Below are positions 60,144-64,000 of a DNA stretch of 64,000 bases, in pieces. The stretch is from Acidobacteriota bacterium. GTDB taxonomy: Bacteria; Acidobacteriota; UBA890; WLXD01. The stretch covers positions 672,001 to 736,000 of the forward strand of contig CAXWPL010000004.1 in the NCBI GenBank assembly GCA_963666215.2, read 5' to 3'. Both the position numbers and the translations under genes were made by a program. The notes beneath the pieces are model-generated. The model worked only from the letters and a program-made list of their open reading frames with translations, did not search any database and was not told the origin of the DNA. Numbering within the stretch: position 1 is the first letter of the stretch; the number at the start of each line of letters is the position of its first letter.

Positions 60144-61010
60144 ATGACCACACTAGAAGGCCCTGGAGGCACGCTCTTCGTCGTAGCCACGCCAATCGGC
60201 AACCTCAGCGACATCAGCAACCGCGCGCTCCAGACACTCGAGCGTGTGGAGCTCGTGTTGGCCGAAGACACGCGCAGAACAGGCGCCTTGCTCGCGCACT
60301 TCGACATGCGTCGCCCACTGCTCTCATACCACGAACACAACGAGGCAGAGCGTGCCGCTGCCGCGCTAGAGCGACTCCAGGCGGGCGCATCGATCGCACT
60401 GCTGACCGACGCCGGCACGCCAACGATCTCGGACCCCGGGTACCGGCTGGTGGCGGCAGCGGCGGCGGCCGGCATCAGAATCGTCCCGCTGCCGGGAGCC
60501 AGCGCGCCGATCGCCGCACTGATGGCGTCTGGCCTGCCTACCCATCGGTTCGTTTTTCTGGGGTTCGCGCCGCGCTCCAGCGCGGCCCGGCGCAAGCTCT
60601 TCGAATCGCTGGTGGGAGAACCCGGAACGTTGATCTTCTTCGAGTCTCCGCGGCGGCTAGAGCGCACCCTGGCCGAAGCCGCAGAGGTCCTGGGACCCCG
60701 TCGACCCGCCTGCGTCGCTCGCGAAATCACCAAGCTCCACGAGGAGTTCCTGCGCGGCAGCCTAGCGGATATCCTTGACGATCTGGCCCGCAAGCCGGCG
60801 CGTGGGGAGGTCACTGTCTGTGTCGCCGGTAGCAGCGGACTGCCGAAGCCCGTGGCGACAAGCCTCAGCACAAACGAGCTCCGTAGGCGCTATGAAGCCC
60901 TGCTCGCCGACGGTCTCGAGCGCCGCCAAGCTCTGCGACAATTAACAACCGAGACCGGAGGCTCGCGCCGCGAGATCTACGGTCGACTCTTCGCACAAAC
61001 AGAGTCGTGA
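60144..61010 (+). CDS. rsmI: 16S rRNA (cytidine1402-2'-O)-methyltransferase
   Basis: VATPIGNL, AEDTR, DAGTPTISDPG, FESPRR, REITKLHEE. Confidence 0.95.
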   Translation: MTTLEGPGGTLFVVATPIGNLSDISNRALQTLERVELVLAEDTRRTGALLAHFDMRRPLLSYHEHNEAERAAAALERLQAGASIALLTDAGTPTISDPGYRLVAAAAAAGIRIVPLPGASAPIAALMASGLPTHRFVFLGFAPRSSAARRKLFESLVGEPGTLIFFESPRRLERTLAEAAEVLGPRRPACVAREITKLHEEFLRGSLADILDDLARKPARGEVTVCVAGSSGLPKPVATSLSTNELRRRYEALLADGLERRQALRQLTTETGGSRREIYGRLFAQTES

Positions 61011-61098
61011 GCACGAGCCGCCGATCCCTCACACACAGCCACCGACGATCGACCCCCACCCGACCATCGACATCACCGAACACCGAGAGGACGACGCC

Positions 61099-61542
61099 AT
61101 GCGAGCAGCGCGCGTTGCAGCTCTGACCCTCATCACCGCGCTAGCAGCCGCTTGCTCCGCTCCGTCGGCCGACGAACTGGTGCTCGACGTGCTGCAGCGG
61201 CGTACGCAGTACGACGTCACACCCACCTCCTGGGCCATCCTCGATAGCGGCGCCGCGCCGCACATCTACGTCGACGTGCAGGTGGTGAATAACAGCCAGG
61301 GATCGCTTCAGACGCTTACCGTGCTGGTCAAGCAGCTCGACATCGACAACGGCGTGCTTGGTGAACAACGGGTAGTGCTCGACGTTTCCGCCCTCACCCC
61401 GGGAATCGGCCAAGGCGTCGGCATGGAGGTCCGTCCGGTGCAGCCGAACGTCGAAGGGATCAGCGTCGAGCTCGAAGGCAATCCACCTCGAGATGCCTGG
61501 CGAGAGTTCCCGGAGCTCGACGCGGTCAGACCGCGCATCTAG
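61099..61542 (+). CDS. hypothetical lipoprotein
   Basis: GAGG SD; LAAAC lipobox; beta-rich mature domain. Confidence 0.75.
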   Translation: MRAARVAALTLITALAAACSAPSADELVLDVLQRRTQYDVTPTSWAILDSGAAPHIYVDVQVVNNSQGSLQTLTVLVKQLDIDNGVLGEQRVVLDVSALTPGIGQGVGMEVRPVQPNVEGISVELEGNPPRDAWREFPELDAVRPRI

Positions 61543-61672
61543 CAGCCGCTGGCGCCGATGGGCGGGCCGCAGCGCTCGACTCTTGGCTAGCGGAAACTCG
61601 ACGTTCCGACTGCCGCCGGAACGGTGGCGCCGGGACCAGCGGCCAAGCCTCGCGGCCAGGACGCGGGCGGCG

Positions 61673-62704
61673 CTAGTTGTTGTTGGCTCGCGCCGACAAC
61701 TCCTCCACCAACTGGATGGCGCGCTCGGAGGTAACGCCGTGCCCCGAGTTGAGGCACTCGAGCAACGTGTTGTGACCGATTGCCGTGCAGGTAGGCTCGT
61801 TCATCTCGGTGGCGGCCAGGAGCTCGATGGGAAGGTCGCGGGCAGTGCGGTGCGCCTGCACCATGCGCTCAAACCATTCCGGCGACAGCAGGCCGTCGCG
61901 CTCGTTCGGGTAATGGGCCGGCTCTCCCTCGTCCTCCACAAGGCGCTCTACGGTGCTGGCGAGCTGTCCACGGTAGTTGTCGCCATCGGTGGCGGTGTAA
62001 CGACCGGCGGTCGAACGCACATAGGCAACCGCCTTCTGCCACATCTCCGGATCGGGCTCCATACCGCGCTGCCGTGTGTACTGCTCCATCCTCGACAAAG
62101 AAGCGCGCCAGTTGTCCGCCGTATACATCGCCGGGTGCGCCGGCTGGTGGCAATCGGAGCAAACCTGCAAGAAGGCGCGCCCACCGGCTGTTTGGAGATT
62201 GGGCATCGAGTTGTTCTGCGCCATGTCTTGCGCAACGCCGTTACGGTACTGACTCTTGACCTGATCCGCGACGGCAGCGTAGTTCGCCTCTGTGCCGCCG
62301 GCTTGCTCGAGGAGCTGCCCAGCCATGATGGCCTCGCCAAGGCACGTGGCGCACGCCGCCGCGTGCTGCGAGCGGTAGCAGCCAATCAGCGCGCCGTGCC
62401 CGTAGAGCATGCAGGGGCAGTAGCAAGGAATCTGCTCGAGCATCTCCGGATGGTCGTTGGCGACGCGATAGGCCTGAGGAATCTGCTGCAGGTAGTCGAG
62501 ACCGGGAAAATTGCGCGTCAATTGGGTCTGAGTGCCCTCAGCGCTCGCGGCACCATCGGGCGCTAGGCCGTCGCCGGTGGGCTCCGTGTCGGACGAACGT
62601 GTTGGGGACGTCGACTCGGTCGACCCATCGCCGGCCGCCGCGTTGCAGCCAACAACAGCCAGCGACAACGCGGTGATCGCAACCAAAAGAGCAGACTTAG
62701 CCAT
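61673..62704 (-). CDS. PCYCGC-motif lipoprotein with a c-type haem motif
   Basis: VVGC lipobox; IPCYCPC...GH...CY...HAAACATC; CSDCH. Confidence 0.8.
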   Translation of the reverse strand: MAKSALLVAITALSLAVVGCNAAAGDGSTESTSPTRSSDTEPTGDGLAPDGAASAEGTQTQLTRNFPGLDYLQQIPQAYRVANDHPEMLEQIPCYCPCMLYGHGALIGCYRSQHAAACATCLGEAIMAGQLLEQAGGTEANYAAVADQVKSQYRNGVAQDMAQNNSMPNLQTAGGRAFLQVCSDCHQPAHPAMYTADNWRASLSRMEQYTRQRGMEPDPEMWQKAVAYVRSTAGRYTATDGDNYRGQLASTVERLVEDEGEPAHYPNERDGLLSPEWFERMVQAHRTARDLPIELLAATEMNEPTCTAIGHNTLLECLNSGHGVTSERAIQLVEELSARANNN

Positions 62705-62729
62705 GGGTGTTCGCCTCGGTTCTGACTCG

Positions 62730-63812
62730 CTATTGGGGCGTGCCGGTCTCACCCGCGATGGTGCCGGCTTCGAGGAGCGTCTCGAGCCGCTCGAAGCGCG
62801 GATCGAGGATGTCGATATCGGTACGCGCGTAGAGCTCGCGGACATAGTCTTCCATCCGCTTGTTGTTCTTCTCGGCCGTGAGCCGGCTACGGATCGCGTC
62901 GCTAACCTGGTCGAGCGGCTGGAGATCTCGTTGGCGGCGCTCGATCACTCGTAGAATATGGATTGTCAGCGCCGTCTCGACGGGCTCGGACAGCGTGTCG
63001 ACCGGCAGCGCGCCCGCCACAGTACCGACTTCGGCAATCAGATCGCTGGTGCCGATGAAGCTGTCGCTCACCGCCACGTGTACGGCTCGGGCGTACTTGC
63101 TAGCCGCCTCGTCCATCGTCGCGCCACCGCGTAGATCTTCGAGGGCCGCGGCCGCCTGAGCCCTGATCTGGACCGGGTCACTGCCCTCGAGCGGGAACAC
63201 CAGCTGCTGGAGGCGCACCTGCTCGGGTGAGGTGAATTCCTCCGGGTGCTCCTCATAGTAGGTCTGGATCTCTCCGTCGGTGACAAAAATGCCGCGCTCG
63301 ACCTCTTCGTACACGAGACGCTGTTGTCGCAGCTGCATGCCGAGCTGCTCGCGCAGCTCCTGCATCGTCATCCCGAGCGCCGCCAGCGCCTGATCGAACT
63401 GTTCTTCGGTAGCAATCCCCTGTTGCTGACGGATGTTGGAGACGGCGCGATCGATCTGGTTCGGATCGGCCGTAATGCCGAGCTGCTCGGCACGCTGCTG
63501 CATCAGCTTCTGTTCGATCAATCCGCGCAGAAACAACACGCGGAGATCGCCGAGCTGCGCCTGCACTTCAGCTTCGGGAATTTGCTGTCGGATCACGACG
63601 AGGCGATTCGTTTCCTCCGCCTCGAACTCGCTGAGAAGGATGGGCTCGCCGTTGACCTTCGCCATGATCATGTTGATCACGTTGGCGGCATTTTCGACGG
63701 GAGACCTGATAGGGCCTTCTTGCGCAAAGACCTGCGCCGCCGGGGCGGAGAGCAGAAGTGCCAGCGCGGCGTAGCGGCGCCACAGCGAGGAAAATCTTGA
63801 TGCTCTGGTCAT
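62730..63812 (-). CDS. SurA/PrsA-like peptidyl-prolyl isomerase chaperone
   Basis: Signal peptide; MAKVNGEPILLSE; YYEEHPEEF.SPEQVRL; degenerate parvulin domain. Confidence 0.85.
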   Translation of the reverse strand: MTRASRFSSLWRRYAALALLLSAPAAQVFAQEGPIRSPVENAANVINMIMAKVNGEPILLSEFEAEETNRLVVIRQQIPEAEVQAQLGDLRVLFLRGLIEQKLMQQRAEQLGITADPNQIDRAVSNIRQQQGIATEEQFDQALAALGMTMQELREQLGMQLRQQRLVYEEVERGIFVTDGEIQTYYEEHPEEFTSPEQVRLQQLVFPLEGSDPVQIRAQAAAALEDLRGGATMDEAASKYARAVHVAVSDSFIGTSDLIAEVGTVAGALPVDTLSEPVETALTIHILRVIERRQRDLQPLDQVSDAIRSRLTAEKNNKRMEDYVRELYARTDIDILDPRFERLETLLEAGTIAGETGTPQ

Positions 63813-64000
63813 CGAGGGGCTCTGCGAAGTGCGGCGCCGGCTGCGTGGTCGGGCAAGCCGCGGAACGTTCTTTACGAAAGGGCAGCATGACAAGGCTAAC
63901 ATGGCCCTAGGGCGTCAAACAGCATCTCCAAACGCGAACCTGTGCGGCATTCCGATGTCGCCTCACGCGCCGGCCCTCGTTGCCCGCGGCTGTCCGATGG

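Noticed and set aside
61543-61672. Structured ncRNA or tRNA between convergent genes
   Set aside because: Only short GC-rich inverted repeats (GCCGCTGG/CCAGCGGC) and no tRNA arms; consistent with chance or a terminator.

Overview
High-GC bacterial chromosomal segment; gene content and order suggest Acidobacteriota or a related diderm (inference). Most of it is housekeeping: murA, comF, crcB, dksA-like, rlmH-rsfS-nadD-obgE-rpmA-rplU, dprA-topA, trmFO-xerC-hslVU, dapF-like, ygfZ-like, uvrA, rsmI and a SurA-like gene. Three accessory blocks interrupt it. (1) At the left edge, an IS5-family element sits inside an attC-like site, next to a small degenerate integron-cassette array with no integrase in the window. 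(2) An ~8 kb lasso-peptide-type RiPP cluster lies between topA and trmFO: RRE, B2 peptidase and asparagine-synthetase-like cyclase, plus HPr-type kinase, sulfotransferase, nucleotidyltransferase, GT4 and a PRMT-fold methyltransferase. No precursor or exporter is visible, and the PRMT and kinase genes meet at an odd head-to-head junction. (3) A ~17 kb glycosylation locus (GT4s, GT2s, a GT-C-like membrane protein, a coiled-coil methyltransferase, ugd) has no flippase or polymerase. Other oddities are a DapF homologue with both catalytic Cys replaced by Ser, a PCYCGC/c-type-haem lipoprotein and a metallopeptidase-propeller-Omp85 protein. No rRNA, tRNA or CRISPR array was seen. All calls are by-eye motif recognition, and several lesions could be sequencing or assembly errors.
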